From an uncultured Gammaproteobacteria bacterium (lineage in GTDB: Bacteria; Pseudomonadota; Gammaproteobacteria; UBA9214), in contig CAVVHS010000006.1 in the NCBI GenBank assembly GCA_963748215.1, positions 448,001 through 512,000 on the forward strand: DNA of 64,000 nt. Direction: 5' to 3'. Under the pieces are notes generated by a model. It saw only the letters and a program-made list of their open reading frames with translations. It was not told the origin of the DNA and made no database searches. Each line of letters starts with the position of its first letter. Within the stretch, counting starts at the first letter, position 1. Position numbers and translations under genes: made by a program. This document shows, piece by piece, positions 39,116 to 49,570 of the stretch.

Positions 39116-39889
39116 TCAGGTGCGTATGCCGTGTCCCGTACGCAACAGGTAGAGGCAGAACAGGTACAGGGCGACGATGAAGCCGCAGCTGATTGAATAG
39201 GACGTCAGCAGGCTGATGTCGGATATGCCGAGAAAGCCGTAGCGGAACGCGTTGACCATGTACAGGATCGGATTGAACAGCGATGCGCCCTGCCAGAACT
39301 CGGGCAGCATGTTGATCGAGTAGAAGATACCACCCAGGTAGGTCAGTGGCGTCAACACGAAGGTCGGGATGATCGAAATGTCGTCGAAGCTGTTCGCAAA
39401 GACGCCGTTGATCAGGCCCGCGAGCGAGAACAGGACAGAGGTCAGCAGGACCATGCTGATCATGACCGGCAGGCTGTGGATATTGAGCGGGTTGAACAGC
39501 AGCGAGACGATCGTCACCGCCGTGCCCACCGTCAGGCCGCGCATGACGCCGCCGCTGATAAAGCCCAGCAGGATGATGTAGTTCGGTGTCGGCGAGATCA
39601 GCATTTCCTCGATGTGGCGCTGGAACTTGGAGCCGTAGAAAGACGAGACGACGTTGGCGTAGGAATTCGTGATCACCGCCATCATGATCAGGCCGGGGAT
39701 GATGAATTCCATGTAGGCGAAACCTTCCATGTTGCCGATACGCGGGCCGATCAGGTTGCCGAAAATAATGAAATAGAGCGCCGTGGTCACTGCCGGCGGT
39801 AGCACGGTCTGCACCCAGATACGGGCGAAGCGCAGCGTCTCCTTGGTGACGATAGTCTGGAGTGCGATCAGTTTTTCGCTTGTGTTCAT
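39116..39889 (-). CDS. yadH: ABC-2 type permease
   Basis: RIWVQTVLPP, PGLIMMAVITNSYANVVSSF, FDDISIIPTFVLTPLTYLGG. Confidence 0.93.
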   Translation of the reverse strand: MNTSEKLIALQTIVTKETLRFARIWVQTVLPPAVTTALYFIIFGNLIGPRIGNMEGFAYMEFIIPGLIMMAVITNSYANVVSSFYGSKFQRHIEEMLISPTPNYIILLGFISGGVMRGLTVGTAVTIVSLLFNPLNIHSLPVMISMVLLTSVLFSLAGLINGVFANSFDDISIIPTFVLTPLTYLGGIFYSINMLPEFWQGASLFNPILYMVNAFRYGFLGISDISLLTSYSISCGFIVALYLFCLYLLRTGHGIRT

Positions 39890-40821
39890 GGCTGTCCCCC
39901 GCCGTCGCCACCATTATCCACCAGGCGCATGAACAATTCCTCGAGGCGGTTGGTCTTGTTGCGCATGCTCAGTACGCGAATACCCTGCCCGGTCAGTTCG
40001 GTAAAGAGTGAATTGATGGATTCATTACGGCAGATCTCCGCCTCCAGGGTGTGTTCGTCCACCAGCTGCAGCGTGTGCTGTGGCAGCACCGGGGCGGCAT
40101 GCAACGGCTTTTCGACATCGAGAATGAAGGTTTCCTTGTGCAGCGTATTGAGCAGCTGCTTGGTGCTGGTGTTACTGATGAGCACGCCCTCATCGATGAT
40201 CGCGATATTCCGGCACAGGCTTTCCGCCTCTTCCAGGTAATGCGTGGTGAGTATGATGGTGGTGCCCGCCAGGTTGATGTCGCGCAGGAATTTCCACATC
40301 GAGCGGCGTATCTCGATGTCCACGCCGGCAGTCGGCTCATCAAGGATCAGCAGGCGCGGCTCGTGCACCAGGGCGCGGGCAATCATCAGCCGGCGTTTCA
40401 TCCCGCCGGAGATGTTGCGTGCCATCACGCGCCGCTTGTCCCACAGGTCAAGGTGCTTGAGGTACTTCTCGGCACGCCGGAACGACTCCGCGCGCGCGAT
40501 GCCATAGTAGCCGGCCGCATTGGCGACCACCTCCACCACCGGTTCAAACATGTTGAAATTGAATTCCTGCGGCACCAGTCCGAGGCAGGCCTTCGCGGCG
40601 GCGGGTTCCCTGACGATGTCATGGCCGAAGATGAAAACCGAGCCCTCGCTGCGGTTCACCAGCGAGGCGATGATACCGATCAGCGTGGTCTTCCCGGCAC
40701 CGTTCGGCCCCAGCAGTGCGAAAAAATCGCCCTGGGCGACGTCGAAGCTGACACCCTTCAGGGCGACGTGACCGCCCTTGTAGGTCTTTTTCAGGTCGCG
40801 AATCGACAGTGCAGGCGTCAT
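39886..40821 (-). CDS. yadG: ABC transporter ATP-binding protein
   Basis: GPNGAGKT, ISGGMKRR, LILDEPTAGVD, NKTNRLEELF. Confidence 0.93.
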   Translation of the reverse strand: MTPALSIRDLKKTYKGGHVALKGVSFDVAQGDFFALLGPNGAGKTTLIGIIASLVNRSEGSVFIFGHDIVREPAAAKACLGLVPQEFNFNMFEPVVEVVANAAGYYGIARAESFRRAEKYLKHLDLWDKRRVMARNISGGMKRRLMIARALVHEPRLLILDEPTAGVDIEIRRSMWKFLRDINLAGTTIILTTHYLEEAESLCRNIAIIDEGVLISNTSTKQLLNTLHKETFILDVEKPLHAAPVLPQHTLQLVDEHTLEAEICRNESINSLFTELTGQGIRVLSMRNKTNRLEELFMRLVDNGGDGGGQP

Positions 40822-40823
40822 GC

Positions 40824-41015
40824 TCAGACCAGCTTGATCAGAAACAATACGAACAGGATCACCAGGGCGATCGGCAGCAGGAAGCCGGTCCAGTCCCTGG
40901 ACTCGGCCTGCCGGCTCTTTTCCAGAGTCGCCTTGATGCCGGGGCCGAACCAGAACAGCACCAGCAGGACCAGCACGCCGAGCAGGAGCATTTCCCAGGT
41001 TGATGGCTGTTGCAT
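40824..41015 (-). CDS. small two-TM membrane protein
   Basis: MQQPSTWEMLLLG...DWTGFLLPIALVILFV; ends 2 nt before yadG. Confidence 0.75.
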   Translation of the reverse strand: MQQPSTWEMLLLGVLVLLVLFWFGPGIKATLEKSRQAESRDWTGFLLPIALVILFVLFLIKLV

Positions 41016-41128
41016 AGGACGGTTTCGCGTGTCAGGGCATCGGGAATGCAGCGCCTGCAGGCATCTGACAGGGCTGACGGGATTTGCGCTATGATAAGTC
41101 ATTTGACGTTGGCGGGTGAAGCGGGAAT

Positions 41129-41449
41129 ATGCATGATGGATATGTGGTAGTTGGCAGGCTCGACGAGATCAGGCCGGGTGCGACGAAACGTGTCGTGGCG
41201 AACGGAACGCCTGTCCTGCTCGCCAATGTCGGCGGCATGGTCTATGCCGTTGACGATCGGTGCACGCACGAGGATTCCTCGCTGTCGCTGGGCTGCCTCA
41301 AGGGTGAGCTGGTCAGCTGTACCCTGCATGGCAGCCGTTTCAGCGTGATCACCGGCGAGCCGCAGGAAGAGCCGGCCACCGAGGCCTTGCGTACCTGGGC
41401 GGTCCGTATCGAGAGCGATCGCATCCTGGTGCAGGCAGGCACGCGATGA
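41129..41449 (+). CDS. Rieske-type ferredoxin
   Basis: CTHED...CTLHGSRF. Confidence 0.92.
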   Translation: MHDGYVVVGRLDEIRPGATKRVVANGTPVLLANVGGMVYAVDDRCTHEDSSLSLGCLKGELVSCTLHGSRFSVITGEPQEEPATEALRTWAVRIESDRILVQAGTR

Positions 41450-42195
41450 CGGCCTGGGTCGATGGCAGGGTCGTCAGGCTGCGCCGCTGGACGGAAGAAC
41501 TGTATTCGATCCAGATGACGGCGGAGATCCCGCCGTTCAGGGCCGGCCAGTTCACACGGCTTGCGCTCGAGATCGACGGCGAGATGGTGGCGCGTCCCTA
41601 CTCGTTCGTGAACGGACCGGACAACCCGTTGCTGGAATTCTATTTCATTCGTGTGCCTGGCGGCCCGCTGACCGCCCGCCTGATCGAGCTCGAGCCCGGT
41701 GATCCGCTGTTCATCGCACCACGCAGCGCAGGCTTTTTCGTGCTGGATGAAGTGCCGGCGGCGGATGTGCTCTGGATGCTGTCGACAGGGACGGCAATCG
41801 GGCCGTTTCTCTCTATTCTGACTACCGCGCAGGCCTGGCACCGGTTCCATCATATCGTGCTCGTGCACGCGGTACGCTTCGTGTCGGAGCTGACCTACCG
41901 TGACGAGATCGATGAGCTGCTGGCCGCCCATCCGCAACAGCTGCAGTACATTCCGTTCGTCAGCCGGGAGCCGCTGGATATCGCACTGCCCGGGCGGGTC
42001 ACCGCCTCGATAGAGAACGGCACGCTCGAGGCGCGTGCCGGGCGGAAACTGGCTGCAGACGTTTCGCAGGTCATGATCTGCGGTAACCCGGACATGGTCA
42101 CAGATACCCAGCAGGCGCTGGAGGCGCGCGGGATGCAAAAGAACCGCCGCCGCGAACCCGGCCATATCACCACCGAGCAGTACTGGAAAACCTAG
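41446..42195 (+). CDS. fpr: ferredoxin-NADP+ reductase
   Basis: FRAGQF, RPYS, STGTAIGPF, MICGNPDM, EQYW. Confidence 0.94.
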   Translation: MTAWVDGRVVRLRRWTEELYSIQMTAEIPPFRAGQFTRLALEIDGEMVARPYSFVNGPDNPLLEFYFIRVPGGPLTARLIELEPGDPLFIAPRSAGFFVLDEVPAADVLWMLSTGTAIGPFLSILTTAQAWHRFHHIVLVHAVRFVSELTYRDEIDELLAAHPQQLQYIPFVSREPLDIALPGRVTASIENGTLEARAGRKLAADVSQVMICGNPDMVTDTQQALEARGMQKNRRREPGHITTEQYWKT

Positions 42196-42279
42196 ATTGC
42201 CCGGAATGTCCGTGTTATTCAAGTCCGGATATACCGGGCATGGCTACGCAGGTACGATCAAAGGATAAACAGATTAATA

Positions 42280-42484
42280 GCCACGGAATCCACGGAAGAA
42301 CACGGAAAGATTTCCAGCATCCTGATCCCAGGTCGCCCCCACTTATTTTGATGGCTTTTTCTGTGTTCCCAGGCTAGACGAACAAATCTGAGTGACCAGG
42401 CGAGCGCAGGATGCAGAAAATTCGCACTAGCCTTGCCTGCTCATTATTTTTTATTTTTCCGTGTTCTTCCGTGGATTCCGTGGC
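42280..42484. repeat. MITE-like element with perfect 29-bp terminal inverted repeats
   Basis: GCCACGGAATCCACGGAAGAACACGGAAA (42280-42308) and its exact reverse complement (42456-42484). Confidence 0.8.
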
Positions 42485-42507
42485 CGTTATCATGGTAGGT
42501 ATGCTGG

Positions 42508-43638
42508 TCAGATAAACAGCGTCAGCACCCCGGTGTAGCCGTACAGGCGATTGTGCGAGATCTCGCCGTTGGCGAAAAAACCGACCAGCGGAAAATCACC
42601 GAGCGTATCGCGTATCATGCTCAACTCCGCGGAGTCCTCGCCGAACTGGTGCCGGCCGCGCCCAAGGCAGCTGAAATACAACCCGCCGCGGATGTTACCC
42701 CGCGCGCGCTTGCCCAGATCGTCCAGCATGCGCTGCATGTCCTGGCGTGCTGCGACGCCGTCGCGACGGCAGAACATCAGCTGTGCGTCTTCCTCCAGGT
42801 TGTCGCCGACGGCCAGCAGTTTTTCCTGCGGATCAATGCCGATCAGGTTGCGCACCAGGTAGTCACCGGTGTCTGACCCGGGGACCGGCAGGCCGGCAAA
42901 GATATAACCGGCGACACGCGACATGTCCCTGGCCATCACTTCGCCGATATCTTCCTTGAAGACATCGAGCGCCGGCCGGTGGTCGAGCTCGGCAAGCAGG
43001 TTGCCCTGGCATTTGGTAATCACGTGCTTGTTTTGCAATGGCGTGCAACCCTGGGTCAGGCTGCTGATCACCGGTATATCCGATGCCAGCAGCACGCCGG
43101 ACAGGCCGCCCTGCTGAATGCTGCCGGCCACTTGGAGCAGCGACTGATCGGAATCGGCCGACGATAGTCCCCCTACCAGAAAACCCGGATCGAGCTGGGT
43201 CGAAAGCGAGTCGATGACCTGTGCGATATGCCGGTCGCGCGGATCGCCATGCATCACGCCGAAATGCACGTTGCATTTGTCGAGCCAGGCGCGATCACCG
43301 GCCAGCATATCCGTGAGCGCGCTGATGCCCGCGGGTACCAGTCGGTAGCTGTCCGGCGGCAGATCGGTGAGCATAACGGCGGCAGCCGGTTCGTCATAGA
43401 TCTCGCGTCCCGTACAGCAGATCGCGCTGCCAACGCTGCCGACCCAGTCCTGCACGCCGGTGGCATCACGCAGTGCGTCCAGCACGCCGTTCAGGTAAGG
43501 TGCGAGCGGGTCGGTGAGGTACAGGAACCCCAGGGTAGCGCTATCCGGCGTTGCACCAAGGGTAGCGATCGTGGCCGATATCACCGACTGCCAGTCGGTT
43601 CCGGTGCCGCAAGCCATGCTGAATGAGTTGCCGTTCAT
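42508..43638 (-). CDS. FIST N/C domain protein
   Basis: TQGCTP, ELDHRPAL, DYLVRNLIGID, SCLGRG, PLVGFFANGEI. Confidence 0.92.
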   Translation of the reverse strand: MNGNSFSMACGTGTDWQSVISATIATLGATPDSATLGFLYLTDPLAPYLNGVLDALRDATGVQDWVGSVGSAICCTGREIYDEPAAAVMLTDLPPDSYRLVPAGISALTDMLAGDRAWLDKCNVHFGVMHGDPRDRHIAQVIDSLSTQLDPGFLVGGLSSADSDQSLLQVAGSIQQGGLSGVLLASDIPVISSLTQGCTPLQNKHVITKCQGNLLAELDHRPALDVFKEDIGEVMARDMSRVAGYIFAGLPVPGSDTGDYLVRNLIGIDPQEKLLAVGDNLEEDAQLMFCRRDGVAARQDMQRMLDDLGKRARGNIRGGLYFSCLGRGRHQFGEDSAELSMIRDTLGDFPLVGFFANGEISHNRLYGYTGVLTLFI

Positions 43639-43915
43639 GCAGCCATTGTACTAGATGCAATCGACGACTCACGAAGAATATTTGCAGGAAGTCCAGTGGC
43701 CGTGTGACCGTCACAATCGCTGGCGGCACGCGCCATGAACGGATCCTGCCCGAGACCCCCGGAAATGATCCCCGGGTCTGCTGTGGCTGGATGTTTTCGA
43801 CTGCCGTTTCCGTCGATTTGTCGACAGTTGATTCCTGTTTGGGATAACATCAGGGACATCCATAAGACCATTCCTTGACTGCCGGCAGGTGTGGACGGCA
43901 GGTTGCCCGTGCCCG

Positions 43916-46540
43916 ATGACCCGAACCAACCTGATAATCGCCGCGGTGATCGCCGCCATCTCCATCAGCCTCTGGGCACTGGTGAACCGTCCTGAACAGG
44001 AACCGGCCTGGCCGGCGGTGATACAGGGGTTTTCATTCTCGCCCATGCGCCTGCATCACGATCCCCTGAAGCAGATCAATCCCACGGTCGAGGAAATCGA
44101 TGCCGATCTTGCCCTGCTGGCCGGCAAGACCAATGCCGTGCGAACCTATACGCTGGAAGGTGCGCTTGCCGAGGTGCCGGCGCTGGCGCGCAAGCACGGA
44201 CTCAACGTGGCGCTGGGTGCCTGGGTGGATGGCCGACGTGAAAAGAACCTGCTGGAAGTCGAGGAACTGGTCCGGGTTGCCGACAAGAACAGACGTAACG
44301 TGGTACGGGTCGTGGTAGGCAACGAAGCCCTGCTGCGCAACGATGTGTCGATCGATGAACTGATCGGCTACCTCGATTATGTACGCACAGAACTGCAGTT
44401 GCCCGTGAGTACCGCGGAGCCCTGGCACATCTGGCTCAAGTACCCGGAGCTGGTCGAGCATGTCGACTACATCGCGGTGCACATGTTGCCCTACTGGGAA
44501 AACATACCGCTCGACATGGCGGTTGATTACGTCGTGACACGAATCGACGAGCTGAAGTCCGCCTACCCCGGCAAGCCAATCGTGATCTCGGAAGTGGGCT
44601 GGCCAAGCAACGGCCGAACTCGCGGCGCTGCCGTTGCCTCGGAGGCGAACGAGGCCACCTTCCTGCGCCGCTTCCTGAAGGTGGCCGCGGAGGAAAACTA
44701 CATCTACTACATTATGGAGGCCTTCGACCAGCCGTGGAAGGCACAGGTCGAGGGTGCGGTCGGCGCCTACTGGGGGGTGTACGACGTACTGCGACAGCCC
44801 AAGTTCACATTCACGGAGGCCATCGTTGACATTCCGGAGTGGCGGCTGCTTGCCGGCATTTCCGTGGTGATTGCCCTGATTACCTTTACCCTGTTGCTCA
44901 CAGATGCGATTTCACTGAGTTCCCGGGGCCGCGGTTTCCTGGCTGTCGTTGCCTACGTGCTGGCGACGGCCGCGGTGCTGATCGTCTATCGCTACCTGCA
45001 GCGATACCTTTCCGTGAGCGCCATCGTGGTCGGCGTGCTGATGCTGATCGGCATGATCGGTGTGATTATCGTGGTGCTGGTCGAGGCGCACGAATGGGCC
45101 GAAGCGCTGTGGGCCAGCGGGCGGCGACGCCTGTTCATCCCGTTGCCGGCGAACGATGTGGACCTGCCAATGGTGTCTATTCACGTGCCGGCGCACAATG
45201 AGCCGCCGGCCATGCTGATCGAGACGCTGAACGCCCTGGCGCAGCTGGATTATCCACGCTTCGAAGTCATCGTCATCGACAACAATACCAAGGATCCCGC
45301 CGTCTGGCAGCCGGTCGAGGACCATTGCCGTACCCTCGGCGAGCGCTTTCGCTTCTTCCACGTGGACCCCCTGGCCGGGTACAAGTCAGGCGCACTCAAC
45401 TTTGCCCTCAGGCACACGTCGCCCGAGGCCGGAGTGATTGGCGTGATCGACAGCGACTACGTGGTCGCGCCGAACTGGTTGTGCGACCTGGTACCGCAAT
45501 TCGGACAGGACGAAATAGCCATTGTGCAGGCGCCGCAGGATTACCGCGATGCCGGCGACAATGCCTTCAAGGCCATGTCCTATGCCGAGTACCGCGGTTT
45601 TTTCTATATCGGCATGATCACGCGCAACGACCGCAATGCCATCATCCAGCATGGCACCATGACGCTGGTGCGGCGCACGGCCCTTGAGGAAGTCGGTGGC
45701 TGGAGCGAATGGTGTATCACGGAGGATGCCGAACTGGGGCTGCTGATCCTGCGCCAGGGTCACGAGGCGATGTACATTCCGCGAAGTTATGGCAAGGGCC
45801 TGATGCCGGATACCTTTACCGGCTATCGCAACCAGCGCTTTCGCTGGGCCTATGGCTCGATGCAGATCATGCGCCGCCACGCAGGCGAACTGTTCGGCCT
45901 GGTAAAGAGCCGGCTTACTTCGGGTCAGCGCTATCACTTCATCGCCGGCTGGCTGCCATGGATTGCGGACGGTGTGAACCTGCTGTTCAATTTTGCGGCG
46001 CTGTTCTGGTCGTTCGCCATGGTATACGAGCCGCTTTCACTCGATCCGCCGCTGATCATCTTCGCCGTCCTGCCGCTGGTGCTGTTCTGCTTCAAGATGG
46101 CCAAGGTTTTCTATCTTTACCGTGGGGTACGCATCGTCGGCACTCTGCGCCAGACGCTGGCGGCTGCACTTGCCGGCCTGTCCCTGTCGCACACCATCGC
46201 TCGTGCGATCTGGCTGGGACTGTTTACGCGCTCCATACCCTTCATACGTACGCCGAAACTGGAACAGACCAGTGCATTCTGGCGCGCACTGTTATCGGCG
46301 CGCGAGGAAACACTGTTTGCCGTTGCCCTGTGGACGGCAGCTGCCGCAATCGGCTGGAAAAGCGGGGTAGGCATGCTCGACCTGCTGCTCTGGATCATCG
46401 TGCTGCTGGTGCAGTCGGTGCCCTACTTCGCCAGCCTGCTGGTGTCGGTAATCAGCGCTTTCCCGCGCCTGCCGGCGCGGCTGATGTGCGGCGGGGCATG
46501 TGACGAACATACCGCGGAGGTAGTTGATACCAGGTCCTGA
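43916..46540 (+). CDS. ndvB: GH17 + GT2 membrane glucosyltransferase (NdvB-like cyclic beta-glucan synthase)
   Basis: GH17 VVGNEA, STAEPW, ISEVGWPS; GT2 HVPAHNE, KSGALN, IDSD, ITEDAELG, QRFRW. Confidence 0.85.
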   Translation: MTRTNLIIAAVIAAISISLWALVNRPEQEPAWPAVIQGFSFSPMRLHHDPLKQINPTVEEIDADLALLAGKTNAVRTYTLEGALAEVPALARKHGLNVALGAWVDGRREKNLLEVEELVRVADKNRRNVVRVVVGNEALLRNDVSIDELIGYLDYVRTELQLPVSTAEPWHIWLKYPELVEHVDYIAVHMLPYWENIPLDMAVDYVVTRIDELKSAYPGKPIVISEVGWPSNGRTRGAAVASEANEATFLRRFLKVAAEENYIYYIMEAFDQPWKAQVEGAVGAYWGVYDVLRQPKFTFTEAIVDIPEWRLLAGISVVIALITFTLLLTDAISLSSRGRGFLAVVAYVLATAAVLIVYRYLQRYLSVSAIVVGVLMLIGMIGVIIVVLVEAHEWAEALWASGRRRLFIPLPANDVDLPMVSIHVPAHNEPPAMLIETLNALAQLDYPRFEVIVIDNNTKDPAVWQPVEDHCRTLGERFRFFHVDPLAGYKSGALNFALRHTSPEAGVIGVIDSDYVVAPNWLCDLVPQFGQDEIAIVQAPQDYRDAGDNAFKAMSYAEYRGFFYIGMITRNDRNAIIQHGTMTLVRRTALEEVGGWSEWCITEDAELGLLILRQGHEAMYIPRSYGKGLMPDTFTGYRNQRFRWAYGSMQIMRRHAGELFGLVKSRLTSGQRYHFIAGWLPWIADGVNLLFNFAALFWSFAMVYEPLSLDPPLIIFAVLPLVLFCFKMAKVFYLYRGVRIVGTLRQTLAAALAGLSLSHTIARAIWLGLFTRSIPFIRTPKLEQTSAFWRALLSAREETLFAVALWTAAAAIGWKSGVGMLDLLLWIIVLLVQSVPYFASLLVSVISAFPRLPARLMCGGACDEHTAEVVDTRS

Positions 46541-46550
46541 GGCGATGCTC

Positions 46551-47267
46551 TCAGAATTTGACGAACACGCCTGCATAGGGGCCACTGAACTCGATGTCAG
46601 CGCTGTATGAGTCGAAATCCTCAAGGCCGAGTTTCAGATGCCGGTAGCCGAGATCGGCGCCGGCATTCCAGGGCGTGGTGTAGCTGGCTTGCAGCGTCAC
46701 ATCGTACAGGCGATTACCCTGGTAGCCGATAAAAGATCCGTTGGCGCCAAGTGACAGGCCGTTCAGTGGCAGGTCGACACCGAGGCCGGTATACAGCAGT
46801 GGTATCCAGCCCGTCACATCCGCGGTTTCCATACCTCCGCTGACGCTGCCAGGCACCCTGCTGCTTTCGATGTATCTTGCATTCAGGCCGATGTCGATGC
46901 TGGCACTGGTATCGAGGATGCTGTAGTAGAAAATGACGTCGCTTTGCCGGTATTGCACGCTGCTGTCGACATCCCCGCCAACGGTGAAGCTGCTGCCGCC
47001 GGAAACAAAAGTACGCGACAACCTACCGCGTGCATTCTCGTCGATACTGTGCTTGCTGACCATGGCGTGCGGCAGAAGTGGCAGCGAATGCACCAGCCGC
47101 AGGTAGTGGTTGCCGGAATTGAAGCTGCCGTACCCCTGATCGGGGTGCAGCTCGATGCTACTGGTAGCGTCATCGACGGGATCGCGCGCCAGGCCATTGG
47201 CATCCTCCGCGCTGGTCACGTCCGGCAGCAGCAATATGGCGATTATCGTTACCAGATTCACGCGCAC
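46551..47267 (-). CDS. outer-membrane beta-barrel protein
   Basis: Signal peptide; amphipathic strands; DLGYR...FSGPYAGVFVKF terminus. Confidence 0.75.
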   Translation of the reverse strand: MRVNLVTIIAILLLPDVTSAEDANGLARDPVDDATSSIELHPDQGYGSFNSGNHYLRLVHSLPLLPHAMVSKHSIDENARGRLSRTFVSGGSSFTVGGDVDSSVQYRQSDVIFYYSILDTSASIDIGLNARYIESSRVPGSVSGGMETADVTGWIPLLYTGLGVDLPLNGLSLGANGSFIGYQGNRLYDVTLQASYTTPWNAGADLGYRHLKLGLEDFDSYSADIEFSGPYAGVFVKF

Positions 47268-47439
47268 TTCGTGTCTCCCTCAAGCTGACTGCTTGCGACA
47301 CTAGCACGACCTGTCAGGCAATAACCGGACGTGGTTCACGCCCGGGCACGGTAGCGGTTGCGGCTGTCAGGATGCTTGCCCGTGTCGTAAATTTGCTACA
47401 CTGGGCATATGTCTGTCTATCTGCAGAAGGAGTCCAGCC

Positions 47440-47931
47440 ATGCACAAACGTATTCTGATCGCCCTGCTCGCCTTGCCGTTGCTGTTCGCGGGCCCGGAAA
47501 AATCCCATGCTGTCGACGGGGATGACCTGGCCAGGGTTGTCTACCATGCCGATTTCGCCGATCCCCGACGCTTCAGCGCCATGCTGACGAGCATCAACAA
47601 CATGGTCACGTATTACCAGAACGACCTGATCGAATACGATGTGCGCATCGTGTTCGTTGCCCACGGTATCCGTTTCCTGACTGATGAGAAGCTTGCCGAT
47701 ACACCGTTTGCGGCTGACGCGGCACTGGAGGAACGGCGTGACAACATCAAGGGCCGCCTCGTATCACTGAACAGTGTGCAGGGGGTAAAGCTGGAGCTGT
47801 GCGACATCACCCGCAGCGGCATACGTCTGCCTGCTGACAAGTTGTACAAAAACGTGGTGCCGGTTCCCTCCGGTGTGGTGCGTATTGCCGAACTGCAACA
47901 CGAAGGTTTCGCCTATATCAAGATCGAGTGA
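47440..47931 (+). CDS. periplasmic DsrE-family protein
   Basis: Signal peptide; VVYH, IVFVAHGIRFL, ELC, VPSGVVRIAELQHEGFAYIK. Confidence 0.85.
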   Translation: MHKRILIALLALPLLFAGPEKSHAVDGDDLARVVYHADFADPRRFSAMLTSINNMVTYYQNDLIEYDVRIVFVAHGIRFLTDEKLADTPFAADAALEERRDNIKGRLVSLNSVQGVKLELCDITRSGIRLPADKLYKNVVPVPSGVVRIAELQHEGFAYIKIE

Positions 47932-47971
47932 GTATCAGGTCGCCCCTGCACAGCCTGGCGGCGAATTGCCT

Positions 47972-49000
47972 TCACTCGGGATGCGAGAATCGTGCAGCGA
48001 AACGCCAGGATTCCTCCGCTGCGTTGACCAGCGTGGTGTCGGGCCCCAGCAGTTTCCGGCGCAGGCGCGGCGCCTGCACTCCCGGCCAACCATGGCCGCT
48101 GCCGCTCAGGCGCAGGTGTTCCACTGCACCGCCGGCCTGGCAGCCGGTATACACGAGACGCGTCACCGTTTGCCCGGCATCAGGACCTCTGCCCTCGCTG
48201 GCCGCCTGCGTCAGCGGTTGCGGCTGGCAACCATTGAATTGCGCCCAGCGTGCCAGACCCTGGCTGACCGGCTGGTGCTCGACGCGGTGATTGGTACCCG
48301 GGAAGTTCGGTCCCGTTCCGCCGTCGTACAGCGCACGCGGATCGTCCACGCTGTGGATGTGCAACACGGCGACCGGCCGTGCCGGGCTGAAGTGTGCCAG
48401 GTCCATGGCACCGCCAACCGGGATGATGGCACTGACACGCCCGGCCTGTTCGCTGGCGAAGCGGTAGGACATCATGGCGCCGTTCGAATGACCGGTCACA
48501 TAGATACGTGCCTGGTCGATGGATGTGCGTGTTGCCAGGTCGTCAAGTACGGCGAGCAGAAATCCGCTGTCGTCCACGCCATGCCCGCGGGCCCAGCCGC
48601 AGCAGTGATCGCCGGCGTTCCAGGTCAGCAGGCGCCCCTTGAGGGGGCCGGTGCCGTCGGGATAGACCGCCAGAAACCGTTCCCGGTCTGCCACCGGATC
48701 GAGTGCATTTTCACGCTGGAATTGCCGGCCGCTGCCGCCACCGCCGTGCAGGGCCAGCATGACCGGCAGCGGCTGGCCGCGACGGTGCGGCGGGACATGC
48801 ACATGATAGCGGCGCTGCAGCTCACCTTGCTGCAACGTGATGGTGTGATCGCCCGCTGTCAGCGGTTGCGTAACCTCCCCTGACAGGCCGCTGCCATGGC
48901 CGGCCGCCATACAGCCGGTTAGGCAGAACAGGCAGAAGCACAGCGCAATACCCGGGTTACGGCTCCGGGCGGCAATGCGGTCGTTCTTGACCGATGGCAC
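47972..49000 (-). CDS. PHB-depolymerase/LpqC-family esterase
   Basis: LALHGGGGSG, AVYPDG, WNAG..CCG, VDD, TGHSNGAMM, GHGWPG. Confidence 0.88.
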   Translation of the reverse strand: MPSVKNDRIAARSRNPGIALCFCLFCLTGCMAAGHGSGLSGEVTQPLTAGDHTITLQQGELQRRYHVHVPPHRRGQPLPVMLALHGGGGSGRQFQRENALDPVADRERFLAVYPDGTGPLKGRLLTWNAGDHCCGWARGHGVDDSGFLLAVLDDLATRTSIDQARIYVTGHSNGAMMSYRFASEQAGRVSAIIPVGGAMDLAHFSPARPVAVLHIHSVDDPRALYDGGTGPNFPGTNHRVEHQPVSQGLARWAQFNGCQPQPLTQAASEGRGPDAGQTVTRLVYTGCQAGGAVEHLRLSGSGHGWPGVQAPRLRRKLLGPDTTLVNAAEESWRFAARFSHPE

Positions 49001-49003
49001 GGC

Positions 49004-49411
49004 TTACTCGGCGTTAAAACCGAACCCCCGGTCGTGCACGTACACCAGCTTGCAGTCTTCCAGGTACTTTGCGTCATGGATCCTGCCGGCCCTGATATAG
49101 CCCGTGTCACCCTGTGCGAGCACCAGCGGCTCGCCATCAGCGACCAGGGAGTCACTCTTGCGGATGAAGAACTGGACGGCCATCCTGCCCTCCACCACCA
49201 CGGTCATGTCGTCGCCCGGATGCGAATGTGGCGGTTCCGCACTGCCGGCATCCCAGCGCTCCAGCATGACTTCCACGCCGTCCGGATTGCCGGGGTGCGT
49301 GGTCCTGACCGTGAAGCCGGCCGGGGTATCGGGCACATTGACATGGTTTTTCCAGATGGCGCTGGTTTCCGAGGTGACGGTCGTGCCCTTGCCCATGTTG
49401 TCCCGGGACAT
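49004..49411 (-). CDS. cupin-domain protein
   Basis: PPHSHP.D...VVEG...IRAGRIH. Confidence 0.85.
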   Translation of the reverse strand: MSRDNMGKGTTVTSETSAIWKNHVNVPDTPAGFTVRTTHPGNPDGVEVMLERWDAGSAEPPHSHPGDDMTVVVEGRMAVQFFIRKSDSLVADGEPLVLAQGDTGYIRAGRIHDAKYLEDCKLVYVHDRGFGFNAE

Positions 49412-49570
49412 GTTGATCTCCTGTGGTTTTAAATTAAGGTGCTGAAGCTAATCCGATTTTTACGATAGCGCAAGCAGCACGGCTGCCAAGCTGTTAATCT
49501 CCTGTTAAGTTTCCACACGTACACTAGCTGATTACGCTGTTACGGGATTGGCCTCCGGGGCCGGGGCCGC

